The notes under the pieces are model-generated. The model saw only the letters and a program-made list of their open reading frames with translations. It did no database searches and had not been told where the DNA came from. The translations under genes and the position numbers were made by a program. From positions 1 to 63,767 of IMG/VR virus record IMGVR_UViG_3300005713_000005: a DNA stretch of 63,767 nt; one strand, written 5' to 3'. Source of the DNA: a virus (taxonomy: Duplodnaviria; Caudoviricetes). Below are positions 9,967 to 19,180 of the stretch, one piece after another. Position 1 is the first letter of the stretch. Each line of letters begins with the position of its first letter.

Positions 9967-11684
9967 CGGCCAAAGGCACAGCCCGTTACGACATCGTCGC
10001 AGACGATAAGAGCGCCGCAGGGTGGCGCTCTGCGATTGCCACCGCTAATGCCAACGGAAAAAAACTCAAATCCTCGCTCAGCTTCGCCTTTGCTGGGTTC
10101 GTCGGAATTCAAACCTTCACCAGTTCAATTGCCAAGGCTGTTGAGTTCGGAGATGGGATTGGCAAGATGTCAGTCAAGCTTGCTCTCGGCGCGAAGGAGA
10201 CAAGCGAATTGGCTGCTGCTGCGAAACAGTTCGATATCGAGATCGATGCAGTCGGCACTTCATTGAAGAAGATGCAGATTGCAATATCTCAGGCGAACTC
10301 TGGCAACAAAGAAGCGAGAGAAACATTTCGCGCTCTCGGAATAGATTTTAGACAATTGTCAAAACTATCTACAGATAAACAGTTTGAATCTTTGGCCGAA
10401 GCTATCTCAAAACTGAAAGACCCAACCGATCGTACACGTGCTGCTGTTGCGCTTTTCGGTAAGTCTGGCGCAGACCTACTTCCAATGTTTGAGGAAGGCG
10501 CAAGGGGAATACAGAGCGCGCGCCGAGAGGCTCAAGAATTCGGTACAGTGCTGAGTGACATTGATGTAAAAAAATTGCAGGAAGCTGACGATGCGATGAA
10601 GCGACTGAAGGCATCAACTGATGGGCTCGCATTATCCGCAGCTTCGTTTGGTGGCGGATTTCTTGCTGGCGTTGCTGACGCGGCGCGCCGTCTTATTGGC
10701 GGCGCGACGGAGCTGGAAAAACTTGAGAATCAACTTCGAATTCTCAGAGAGACAGAAGGATCAATCCCGATATTTCTTAATTTTGGATTCACAGACGGTC
10801 CTACAGTAATGGGGCCTACAGCGCTGCGAACGCAGATAGCGAATCTCGAAGCAAGAATCAGGCAACTTCGCGAGACGGCCAATGGGGTTGGATCCGCTCC
10901 TTTGGCAGCTGGTGTTGGAGGTAGTGCTGCGCCTGGTTATGCAAAAGCAGACAAGAGAATTCTTGCCTCACGTGAGGATTGGAAATTAACTCAGAAGGAG
11001 ATTGATGAGCAGATTAGGACGAGCATGGAGAATTGGCGCGGACTTGTTGACGCAACTGATGTTGCAGTTCGAGAAGATTTCTTTTCGACATTCGAGAACA
11101 TTGGTGATGTCATCACCGACCTAAACGAACCGGTGCTTCAACTGAGTGAAAGCCTGATTCGAGCCGATGCGATCCAAGACGAATTCAGTCGCTCCATGTT
11201 CAACAACTTCAGCGACCTGTTCTATAGCATCGGTGAAGGCACCGATGACATGGCTGATCAATTTCTGCGCACGATTAAGCGCATGCTCGCGGACCGGGCA
11301 ACGCTCGCTTTATTTGACGCATTCAAAGGCGCTGGGACAACCTCAGGCACGACTGCGAGCGGCGGCGGATTCTGGGCGGGTGTGGGTTCGTTCGTATCGT
11401 CAATCTTCGGCGGCTATAAAGCAGACGGTGGCCCGCTCTCGCAGAACAAATGGTACATCGCTGGTGAACGCGGCCCGGAGCCAATCTGGGGCGGCGGTCC
11501 TGGCGCGTTCGCCATGGGATATGGCCAGGGAACTAGTGTGAGTATCTCGTCGCCGGTCCACATCGACGCACGTGGCGCATCTCCCGATAGTGTCAAAGAA
11601 ATGCGCCGTATGCTCGATGAAAGAGACCAGCGATTGAAGTCTGACATAATCGTCGGCATCAGAACTCGTAAGTACAAGATATGA
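9963..11684 (+). CDS. tail tape measure protein
   Basis: Ala-rich helical protein; AAVALFGKSGADLLP; C-terminal ADGG...YIAGERGPE. Confidence 0.9.
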   Translation: MTAKGTARYDIVADDKSAAGWRSAIATANANGKKLKSSLSFAFAGFVGIQTFTSSIAKAVEFGDGIGKMSVKLALGAKETSELAAAAKQFDIEIDAVGTSLKKMQIAISQANSGNKEARETFRALGIDFRQLSKLSTDKQFESLAEAISKLKDPTDRTRAAVALFGKSGADLLPMFEEGARGIQSARREAQEFGTVLSDIDVKKLQEADDAMKRLKASTDGLALSAASFGGGFLAGVADAARRLIGGATELEKLENQLRILRETEGSIPIFLNFGFTDGPTVMGPTALRTQIANLEARIRQLRETANGVGSAPLAAGVGGSAAPGYAKADKRILASREDWKLTQKEIDEQIRTSMENWRGLVDATDVAVREDFFSTFENIGDVITDLNEPVLQLSESLIRADAIQDEFSRSMFNNFSDLFYSIGEGTDDMADQFLRTIKRMLADRATLALFDAFKGAGTTSGTTASGGGFWAGVGSFVSSIFGGYKADGGPLSQNKWYIAGERGPEPIWGGGPGAFAMGYGQGTSVSISSPVHIDARGASPDSVKEMRRMLDERDQRLKSDIIVGIRTRKYKI

Positions 11685-13276
11685 CCGACATCTGGTTGCC
11701 AGACTGGCTTAAGGTTGCACGAGCTTCAGTTCGATATATCGACTCTTCTGCTGTCTATCGAAATCCATACACCGGTATTGCTCAGGTTGTTTCTCTTGGT
11801 GGCGATCGTCTTGGAGGCTCGTTGAATCTAGCGCCACAAGGCGGCGTCGTATCCCCAACTGAGCGCCGGGCCATGACGAAATTCATGGCATCTCTGCGCG
11901 GTCGTCAGAATCGTTTCTTTGTTACGGACGCGGCATATCGGCGCGGCGGAAATTTTCCAACGAATGAGGTGTTGCCGAATAACACGTTCTTGAGCGGCAC
12001 CAGCGGTTGGTCAATCAATCTTGCCGGTGAGTCGATTCTTTCCGCTTCCGATCGCGAACTGATAGTGACGCGCGCCGCCAACACCAGCGCCTATGTAGTG
12101 CAGCGAACATCCTCTGTCACGGTGACCCAGTTCGCTCCATATGTTGGCCGAGTATTCGTGCGTTCTGGATCTGGGCCATATTCTGGCGATGGACAAGTAT
12201 TTATCGACAGCGTGGCGCAAGGCTCATTGCCAACTGCACCAGGTTTGATTACCGCAGCATTCGTTGCGCAAACCACAGCGCCGACATTCCAATTTGCCGA
12301 CTACATGAACGGCAAGATGGCTGGGAATTACTTCATCGTGCCCTACACGTCTCTCTCGAGATGTGCTCTCGTCGACAATGGCGAAAATAGGCTGCTGCAG
12401 TCGGCTGTATTTGGCAATGCCTCATGGACGAAGACTAACGTCTCTGCAGGCACGAATGATGTGACCGCGCCTGATGGTACTGCCACTGGTGATAGCATCA
12501 CTGAGAACGCGAGCGCCGGAGTGCATGCGGTGTCGCAGGGATCTATAACGGTGCCAAGCGCAGCGGCAGACTTCGCCTTCTGCGTCGCCATCAAAGCCGC
12601 CGGCAGATCATTTGCTTATGTGACGATCAATGAGGCAACCGGCGGAACTGGGCTTTCTCAATATTTCAATCTTTCCGGCTCTGGTACGGTTGGCGCATCT
12701 GGTGCAACGGGTGCGAATTGGGCGAACCGACGTGCATTTGCACGAAGCCTTGGAAACGGCTGGGTGATGTGCTGTCTGGTTGGTCGGAAAACTAACGCCG
12801 CTACAACTCTTAGCGTTGACATTGGCGCAGCGACCGCCGATGGCACTAGCAGCTATACCGGCACATCCGCGCATGCAATCAGTCTTTGGCGCGCAACGCT
12901 CGCACAGTCAGGCGTGCCAGTGCAGTTGGTCAGCACGACGACGACTGCGATCACTTCACCAACTCAGACAGGTAGTGGACTGCGTTTAAAAGGCCTGCCT
13001 GTAAGCGCCACTGACTTGCTGTTGCCAGGCGATCAATTCGAGGTCATCACATCGTTCGGTTCAGAGCTCAAGATTGTGGATGCAGTGCTGAACTCCGACT
13101 CCGCCGGACTAGGTCATTTGCAATTTCACCCACCGCTGCGCGCCACCCCGGCAGTAAATGCGCCGGTGATCATTCATAACCCAATGGGACGTTTCATGTT
13201 CGATGGTCAATTCCCTGAATGGGCGAATGATCCGGGATACATCACCTCGACATCAATAGAGTTTGAGGAGGGTTGA
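11681..13276 (+). CDS. distal tail/hub protein with inserted carbohydrate-binding-like domains
   Basis: Dit-like termini (SLRGRQNRF, LLPGDQF, FHPPLR); two internal beta domains (NRLLQS...WTKTN...APDGTATGD). Confidence 0.6.
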   Translation: MTDIWLPDWLKVARASVRYIDSSAVYRNPYTGIAQVVSLGGDRLGGSLNLAPQGGVVSPTERRAMTKFMASLRGRQNRFFVTDAAYRRGGNFPTNEVLPNNTFLSGTSGWSINLAGESILSASDRELIVTRAANTSAYVVQRTSSVTVTQFAPYVGRVFVRSGSGPYSGDGQVFIDSVAQGSLPTAPGLITAAFVAQTTAPTFQFADYMNGKMAGNYFIVPYTSLSRCALVDNGENRLLQSAVFGNASWTKTNVSAGTNDVTAPDGTATGDSITENASAGVHAVSQGSITVPSAAADFAFCVAIKAAGRSFAYVTINEATGGTGLSQYFNLSGSGTVGASGATGANWANRRAFARSLGNGWVMCCLVGRKTNAATTLSVDIGAATADGTSSYTGTSAHAISLWRATLAQSGVPVQLVSTTTTAITSPTQTGSGLRLKGLPVSATDLLLPGDQFEVITSFGSELKIVDAVLNSDSAGLGHLQFHPPLRATPAVNAPVIIHNPMGRFMFDGQFPEWANDPGYITSTSIEFEEG

Positions 13277-13494
13277 TGTATTCACTTGCGATCTACATCA
13301 ATAGCGGCATCACTGATTGGGGAAGGGCACTTGACGAAAGAGATATCGTCATCGCAAAGCACGAATTCAGGTGGTTATGGCTGGCGCGTATCTGCGCAAG
13401 AAACATCATTCAGAATCTGAATTCTGGTCGATGCGGATACTCAATCTCTATCAACGATGCGATCGTTGAGATGCATTCTCAAAGAGAGCAATAG
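13273..13494 (+). CDS. hypothetical protein inserted in tail module
   Basis: GAGGAGG RBS; abuts both neighbours. Confidence 0.5.
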   Translation: MMYSLAIYINSGITDWGRALDERDIVIAKHEFRWLWLARICARNIIQNLNSGRCGYSISINDAIVEMHSQREQ

Positions 13495-14103
13495 ATGTCC
13501 TGGTTCGTATCTTCTGCAAATGAATCTGAGTCCGCTAAAGAATATGCACAGATGTTCATTGCTGCTGATCTAGACTTCACTTCAGGAGTGCAGCGATATT
13601 GGAGCGGATTTGGTCAGATAACTTTCGGTGGCAATACCTACTATGGAACCGGCGATCTGGGAAAGATTTCCTCCAACCCGGAAGCGACGACTCTTGTTGC
13701 TCAGACGAAGACTTTTCAGTTGAGCGGAATAGATCTTTCGCTTGTCGATGAGAGCGATCTTGATACGTGCTTCAATCGAAGCGTTACCGAATACATAGGA
13801 TTTCTGAAATCTGATGGCACACTTCTAGACACTCCAGAAAAGAATTGGGAGGGTCTGCAGGATAAGCCTCGACGCGTTGATGGCTTGGAGCCAGTTATTG
13901 AAATAAATGCTGAGCATCGACTCTCAATCATTGATCAGGCCGATGGGTGGCGCTACACGCACGAGCATCATCAGCAATTTTTTCCAGGTGACAATGGTTT
14001 CCGAGAAGTGCCATCAGTGGAGACTGCCCAAATATACTGGGGCGGATCTATCGTTGGTGTTGGCCTTAATGGCGGCCGTCGAAGAACGGAGCGAAGGAAG
14101 TGA
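13495..14103 (+). CDS. minor tail protein
   Basis: YWSGFGQITFGGNTYYGTG and RYTHEHHQQFFPGDNGF motifs. Confidence 0.7.
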   Translation: MSWFVSSANESESAKEYAQMFIAADLDFTSGVQRYWSGFGQITFGGNTYYGTGDLGKISSNPEATTLVAQTKTFQLSGIDLSLVDESDLDTCFNRSVTEYIGFLKSDGTLLDTPEKNWEGLQDKPRRVDGLEPVIEINAEHRLSIIDQADGWRYTHEHHQQFFPGDNGFREVPSVETAQIYWGGSIVGVGLNGGRRRTERRK

Positions 14104-14474
14104 CATTGACTGATGTATATAACGAATTTTATGGCAAGCCGATGCTCTATGGCCTCACTGATTGTATGCAGCTTTGCGCACGAGCTTGGTTTGCTCAGAC
14201 GGGTACAAACTTTGCCGCCCAGTTTCCAAACTATCGCACTGAAGAAGAAGCGCGGAAGATGATTGATGGCGCCGGTGGAATGGCCGCATTTATCGAGTCA
14301 CTTCTAGGTGCGTCAAAACCTGGCAATCAGGCGAAGCGTGGCGATGTGGTGCTGCTCAATATCGGTGACATTTCCTCTGGGGTATGTCTTGGGGACACAG
14401 CGATAACAATGTCGCCTCGTGGGATTATGAGCATTACACGGCACAGATTCCTGGCTTGTTGGAGCCCCGCATAA
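14100..14474 (+). CDS. NlpC/P60-like tail assembly protein (DUF6950-like)
   Basis: YGLTDC and AKRGDVVL motifs; position before tail tip gene. Confidence 0.7.
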   Translation: MTLTDVYNEFYGKPMLYGLTDCMQLCARAWFAQTGTNFAAQFPNYRTEEEARKMIDGAGGMAAFIESLLGASKPGNQAKRGDVVLLNIGDISSGVCLGDTAITMSPRGIMSITRHRFLACWSPA

Positions 14475-16906
14475 TGGGCGTAGGAGTTGCCACGGCTGCA
14501 GCTGCAGTATTTTCAGCTAGCGCAACCGCAGCCATAATTATTCGAACTATCCTCGTCAATCTTCTCATCGGCGCTATCACCAAAGCAACGACAAAGGATC
14601 CGGATAACTTCAAGCCACCAATAAATGTAACTGTAAGAAACACGATTGAGAATCGACGAATAGTATTCGGTAAGCGGCGAGTCGGCGGTGCGGTTCTGTT
14701 CTATCGTTCAAGTGGTGCGCAACGTGAGTTTCTTCATTATGTGATTGCGCTTGCTGGCCATCAATGTAACTCAATTGGCGGAGTGTGGTTGGATAAGCTT
14801 CCAATCAATGATTCGGATATTGATCCAGGCACGGGTGCTGTTATAGGTGGACAATTTGCCGGTCGTGTATGGATCTATAAGCATCTTGGGACAAGCGCAC
14901 AGACAGTTGACACTGTATTGCAGTCTGCTCGAGCCGAATGGGATTCGACACATCGTTTGCAGGGTATCTGCTATATCCATATAAAGATGCAGCGCGATGA
15001 TGCGGTCTTCGTTACTGGCGCTCCAACGGATGTATCTGCAATCGTAGAGGGGGCGCTACTCTATGATCCACGCCTTGATAGCACTAATGGAGGAAGCGGC
15101 AGTCATCGTCGCAGTGATCCTTCGACATGGAGTTATTCCAAAAATCCCGCCCTTGTGCTTCGCTGGTTTATTTCTGGTGGCAGTGTTATTAACGATACAT
15201 CTGTTCGCATGATCAGATATGGGCTTCGCGAGGAAGATGCGCGAATTGATGATGCTTATGTGATAGATGCTGCAAACAAATGTGAGAGCCAAATAACTGG
15301 AATATATGCAACGCCTGATGGCGCACAACAGAGGTATACTTGCGATTTAGAGGTCTCCACAGGAGAGACGCGACGAGAAATAATTGAGGCAATACTTGCA
15401 TGCATGGCAGGTAAAGCCCCGAATATTCACGGCGTATGGAGAATATATTCTGGTGGTTACGATATTCCAGCACACGCAATAAGCGAGGCTGATCTTTTCG
15501 GAGATACTCCGATCGAAATAGAAGACGGGTCATCACGTCCAGACCGATACAACGCAGTGGCTGCTGTATTTCCTGATGCCACAGCTTCATATGAGGAGCA
15601 AACCACACCATTTAGAACGAACACGACTTATGAAAGCCAGGATGGGAGTGAGCGCATTCCGCGCGAGATTGATCTACGCGGCGTGACCGATCGCTATAGA
15701 GCTCAAAGGCTATGTCAAATTGAGATGCATCGATCGCGCATGATGCGAGTAGTGAAGCTTCGCGGATCCCTGGGACTCATGAAGATTGCAGCCCATGAAA
15801 CTTTCACATTGAGTCATACGAGACTTGGCTGGACTAGCCGTTTGTTTCGCTGTTTACAGCGGGAATTTGAATTCCAGGAAGACCAAGGAATAGTATCAAT
15901 CACAGCACAGCAAGAATCTTCAACTGTTTATGAAGATATGCTTACGGCTGATTACATCACGCCGAATGAAGTGATACCTATCACTCAGATAGATGCCCCA
16001 GACCCACCGACGAATTTCTCAACCATCGGCCAAGAGAATGCGATTCTAGTTCGATGGTCTCGATCAGCGACGCCGGGCGTTACATACGTGCTGGAGCAAG
16101 CAAGTAACTCCGCAATGACTGGTGCGGTCGTGGTCTATGACGGCGCCGATAGCCAAGCCCTGATCGATCAGACTGGGACGTCTGTATTCTATTTCAGAAT
16201 CAGAGCATACAAGGCCGGTCAATATTCAATCTATGTGCCGATTACAGGTGGGATATCGGGTGCTGCGCTAGGCGTCTCAACTACATTCGCGGCAACTGTC
16301 GACAACGGATCACAATCGAGCTCAAGCACTTCAGCCAGTCAGACTACTGGAACGTCCACAGCCTCCCCTATCGGTGGTACTGGTCCATTTTCTTATGCTT
16401 GGACATGGGCAAGTGGCGGTTCTGGAATTAGCTTCGGCAGCGCATCTTCTGCAGGTACAAACTTCACCGCAACTTCTTTGGGAAATCCTGAGACTCGATC
16501 CGGCATCGCTAGATGCACGATCACGGATGCCACTGCGGCAACGGCTATCGTAGATGTTTCTGTGACTATTGAGCGAACTGGTTCATTTGCCGCCGATGCG
16601 ACTCCCTCTGTTAGATTTAAGACTGCGAATTTAGGTACGATAACCAGCAATCCATTTACTTGCTCGGCGGCTGGCGGAACTCCGCCATACACATATGCAT
16701 GGTCGATCGTTTCTCACAACGATCCAAACAGCACGCCAGTTATCAATACACCAACGTCGTCGTCGACAACGGTGACAACCAACGATCCACCAGCCGCGAA
16801 GCGAACGATCTCAGTAATCATTCAATGTGTTGTCACTGATGCCACGCTAGCCGCAGTCACGTCTAACACGGTCAATGCTCAGAACAGTCACGACAACGGA
16901 GCCTGA
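14474..16906 (+). CDS. central tail tip / host specificity protein with FN3 and Ig-like C-terminal domains
   Basis: RRIVFGKRRVGG, YDPR, WSYSKNPAL, YNAV motifs; PDPPTNF FN3 start; two GGTxPxxYAW repeats. Confidence 0.8.
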   Translation: MGVGVATAAAAVFSASATAAIIIRTILVNLLIGAITKATTKDPDNFKPPINVTVRNTIENRRIVFGKRRVGGAVLFYRSSGAQREFLHYVIALAGHQCNSIGGVWLDKLPINDSDIDPGTGAVIGGQFAGRVWIYKHLGTSAQTVDTVLQSARAEWDSTHRLQGICYIHIKMQRDDAVFVTGAPTDVSAIVEGALLYDPRLDSTNGGSGSHRRSDPSTWSYSKNPALVLRWFISGGSVINDTSVRMIRYGLREEDARIDDAYVIDAANKCESQITGIYATPDGAQQRYTCDLEVSTGETRREIIEAILACMAGKAPNIHGVWRIYSGGYDIPAHAISEADLFGDTPIEIEDGSSRPDRYNAVAAVFPDATASYEEQTTPFRTNTTYESQDGSERIPREIDLRGVTDRYRAQRLCQIEMHRSRMMRVVKLRGSLGLMKIAAHETFTLSHTRLGWTSRLFRCLQREFEFQEDQGIVSITAQQESSTVYEDMLTADYITPNEVIPITQIDAPDPPTNFSTIGQENAILVRWSRSATPGVTYVLEQASNSAMTGAVVVYDGADSQALIDQTGTSVFYFRIRAYKAGQYSIYVPITGGISGAALGVSTTFAATVDNGSQSSSSTSASQTTGTSTASPIGGTGPFSYAWTWASGGSGISFGSASSAGTNFTATSLGNPETRSGIARCTITDATAATAIVDVSVTIERTGSFAADATPSVRFKTANLGTITSNPFTCSAAGGTPPYTYAWSIVSHNDPNSTPVINTPTSSSTTVTTNDPPAAKRTISVIIQCVVTDATLAAVTSNTVNAQNSHDNGA

Positions 16907-16909
16907 TGC

Positions 16910-17227
16910 ATGAGTGATACACGACCACCTGCATCAGATATCGCGACAGTTGCCAAGCTTGCCGCAGAGCGTGCTGCCGCGAGCGCCGCCGCATCCGCGA
17001 TCGGCGCTCAGATTCGCCAGGAGGGTGAGAGTGCGAAAGCGGAGTTGCAGAAGGTGATCACGCAAGTTGCGCTGCTCGCTGTCTCGGCGCTATTGGGTGC
17101 TGTCCTCTGGCAAGTTCAAAGAATGATCGACAAGCAAGACGCTGCGGTGAAAGAGCAGGCAACCACCAATGAACGACTGACGAAGGTCGAGACCAAAGTC
17201 GACATGCTGCTCAAGGCGGACAAATGA
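16910..17227 (+). CDS. single-TM coiled-coil membrane protein (lysis-type)
   Basis: TM segment then ERLTKVETKVD. Confidence 0.55.
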   Translation: MSDTRPPASDIATVAKLAAERAAASAAASAIGAQIRQEGESAKAELQKVITQVALLAVSALLGAVLWQVQRMIDKQDAAVKEQATTNERLTKVETKVDMLLKADK

Positions 17228-17676
17228 CCGATTCCTGGCCCGATTACCCGGTCGCGCGCAATGCCGACTTCGGCGCGCAGGTTGTGCAGATTGAGACGAT
17301 GGGGAAAGGCACTTCGGCCGTTCTCATTGCTGCTGTGATAGTCGCTGTCGTGTTGTCGGCGATGTCCTATGTTCGGTCGCAGACTTCTTTCGAAGTCGCG
17401 AATGCAAAATCTGATGCAGCGAACTCGCGCTCGGAGTCAGCCGTAGCCATTGCTAAGGCTGAGGCTGCTGTTGCTCTGGCGAAAGCCGAGACCGCGGCCG
17501 TTCGCGCGGAGATGGCTGGCAAGCAGGCACAGATCGCCGAACGCGAAGCCCGCATGATCGAGTACTACATCCATGAAATCGACGGTAAGCTGATCTCGGC
17601 GAACATCATCAAGCCGAGTCAGAACTTCGAGAACGTCAAGAAGCAGCGTGAGGCTGCGAGTAAACCAAAGGAGTGA
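17224..17676 (+). CDS. single-TM coiled-coil protein (possible i-spanin)
   Basis: TM followed by an Ala-rich coil. Confidence 0.45.
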   Translation: MTDSWPDYPVARNADFGAQVVQIETMGKGTSAVLIAAVIVAVVLSAMSYVRSQTSFEVANAKSDAANSRSESAVAIAKAEAAVALAKAETAAVRAEMAGKQAQIAEREARMIEYYIHEIDGKLISANIIKPSQNFENVKKQREAASKPKE

Positions 17677-17864
17677 TAGCTATGTCAGGTGGTGGTGGCG
17701 GTCCGGTGATCATTCAGAATCTGATCGACAATCCAGGCACGACAGCCGAGGAGAAAGAGTTGCTCGAAGAGTTGAAGCAGAAACGCCTCAAAGGAATCGC
17801 ATTGACTCGGTCCGAGCGGATTGCGGTGAAGTGCATCGTTGAGCGCTTGCTGCTGGAAAGCTGA
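17673..17864 (+). CDS. small hypothetical protein
   Basis: AAGGAG RBS; overlaps both neighbours. Confidence 0.5.
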   Translation: MIAMSGGGGGPVIIQNLIDNPGTTAEEKELLEELKQKRLKGIALTRSERIAVKCIVERLLLES

Positions 17865-18154
17865 TGTCTCTGGAGCACGCCATCGCACTGATCGGCGTGC
17901 TCTTGTCCCTCGTGGGCGGCCTGCTGCTCTACATCTGGAACCAGCGCGAGAAGGAATCCGAGAAGTGGCGCGAGAATGTCGACGCGCAACTCAAAGAAAT
18001 TGCCGATTACCAAGTGCGCTGGCGTCACAACGAGTACGGCCCGCGCATCAGAGAGATCGACAACGCAATCGCTAAGCTCGAAGAACAATCCAGCGCGATT
18101 GGCAAACGCATGGACCGCACCGAATCGAAGTTATTCAACGGCCACCGGCCATGA
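17864..18154 (+). CDS. N-terminal TM coiled-coil protein (holin-like)
   Basis: Hydrophobic N-terminus; coiled coil. Confidence 0.5.
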   Translation: MSLEHAIALIGVLLSLVGGLLLYIWNQREKESEKWRENVDAQLKEIADYQVRWRHNEYGPRIREIDNAIAKLEEQSSAIGKRMDRTESKLFNGHRP

Positions 18155-18165
18155 CGAGGTGATGT

Positions 18166-18891
18166 ATGAACAGTTTCTTTTCCGAGCACGGTACGAAAAT
18201 CTACGGCGCGCTCACTACGCTCTTCGGAACCGTCGGCGGTCTTGTGACTACCGGTGCATTCAAGGACCTGCTCAGTCCGATCGCGATCGGCTGGCTCGGC
18301 ATCATCTGCACGGTGTCGACAGCAGTGATTGGCGCGATGACCTTGTCTCGAGGCTTCACGAACAGCGCGCAGATCAAAGTCGCGCAAACCGTTCAGGCTG
18401 CGCTTGAAGCCACACCGCCGAAGCAGGGCGGGTTCGCCCGGCCTGGCTTCATTGCGATGTTGCTGGTCGCGGTGCTGCTTGCAGTAGCGCTAACCAGCTG
18501 CTCCAACAATTCGCCGATGGAGGAGGCCGGCTATCAGGTCGCAACCAGGCAGTTGACCTCGCGCTACATCTGGGACGCCAAGACGCCTGAGAAGCGCGAG
18601 GCGCGGGCTAAGCGCGTGCGGGCAATTGCAACGGACATTCGGGCACTGGCGGCTGGCGGCGAGGCCGTTACGCTGGCCGGGTTGCGGCTGGCGACCCTGA
18701 ACGAACTGAAGAAGCACGACCTGACGCCGCCCGATCGCGACCTCGCGCTGGGGCTGATCGACGCGCTCGATGCCTACCTGAAGACCAAGGTTCGAGACGG
18801 CGTGCTGGATGCCGACGAGCGCCTGACGGTGGAGAAGGTCATGGGCTGGGTGCTGGCCGGCGCGACGCTTGAGCCGACGCCGGTGGAGTGA
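18166..18891 (+). CDS. multi-TM holin-like domain fused to an internal lipoprotein-like domain
   Basis: Two TM segments, then KQGGF, a hydrophobic stretch and lipobox ALTSC. Confidence 0.5.
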   Translation: MNSFFSEHGTKIYGALTTLFGTVGGLVTTGAFKDLLSPIAIGWLGIICTVSTAVIGAMTLSRGFTNSAQIKVAQTVQAALEATPPKQGGFARPGFIAMLLVAVLLAVALTSCSNNSPMEEAGYQVATRQLTSRYIWDAKTPEKREARAKRVRAIATDIRALAAGGEAVTLAGLRLATLNELKKHDLTPPDRDLALGLIDALDAYLKTKVRDGVLDADERLTVEKVMGWVLAGATLEPTPVE

Positions 18892-18894
18892 GGC

Positions 18895-18962
18895 GGGGGC
18901 GCTCTAACCACCTGGCTACGCGACCAATGATCACGACTGGACTTGAACCAGCGACCTCCCCC
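18895..18962 (-). ncRNA. circularly permuted tRNA-like element (3' half precedes 5' half, open at the anticodon loop)
   Basis: Minus strand reads GGGGG AGGTC GCTGG TTCAAGT CCAGT CGTGATC ATT GGTCGCG TA GCC AGGTGGTTA GAGC G CCCCC. Confidence 0.75.
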
Positions 18963-19180
18963 ATAGATCGCAGCTTACACGAATAGGAACGCCCCGGACC
19001 CGTAACCCGGTGCGGCGCCACGGATGGCGTTATCACATCTCGCGCCATTCGGCCGATGGTATAGAAATCGGCGGGCGCCCATGCACACGGACCGGCTTTG
19101 AGATCTGCTCACGGATGGGCACTCCATGTCGGGGGTGGGTCGGATTGCCGTCCGGTTCATTTCGAGAAGTCGGTCCGTCC

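Noticed and set aside
18895-18962. Permuted two-piece tmRNA
   Set aside because: No G3.U70 pair, no CCA, a D-arm-like region is present, and no tag reading frame is evident after the 5' half
18970-19180. Group II intron remnant ending in AT before the tRNA 3' half
   Set aside because: No recognisable domain V and no maturase
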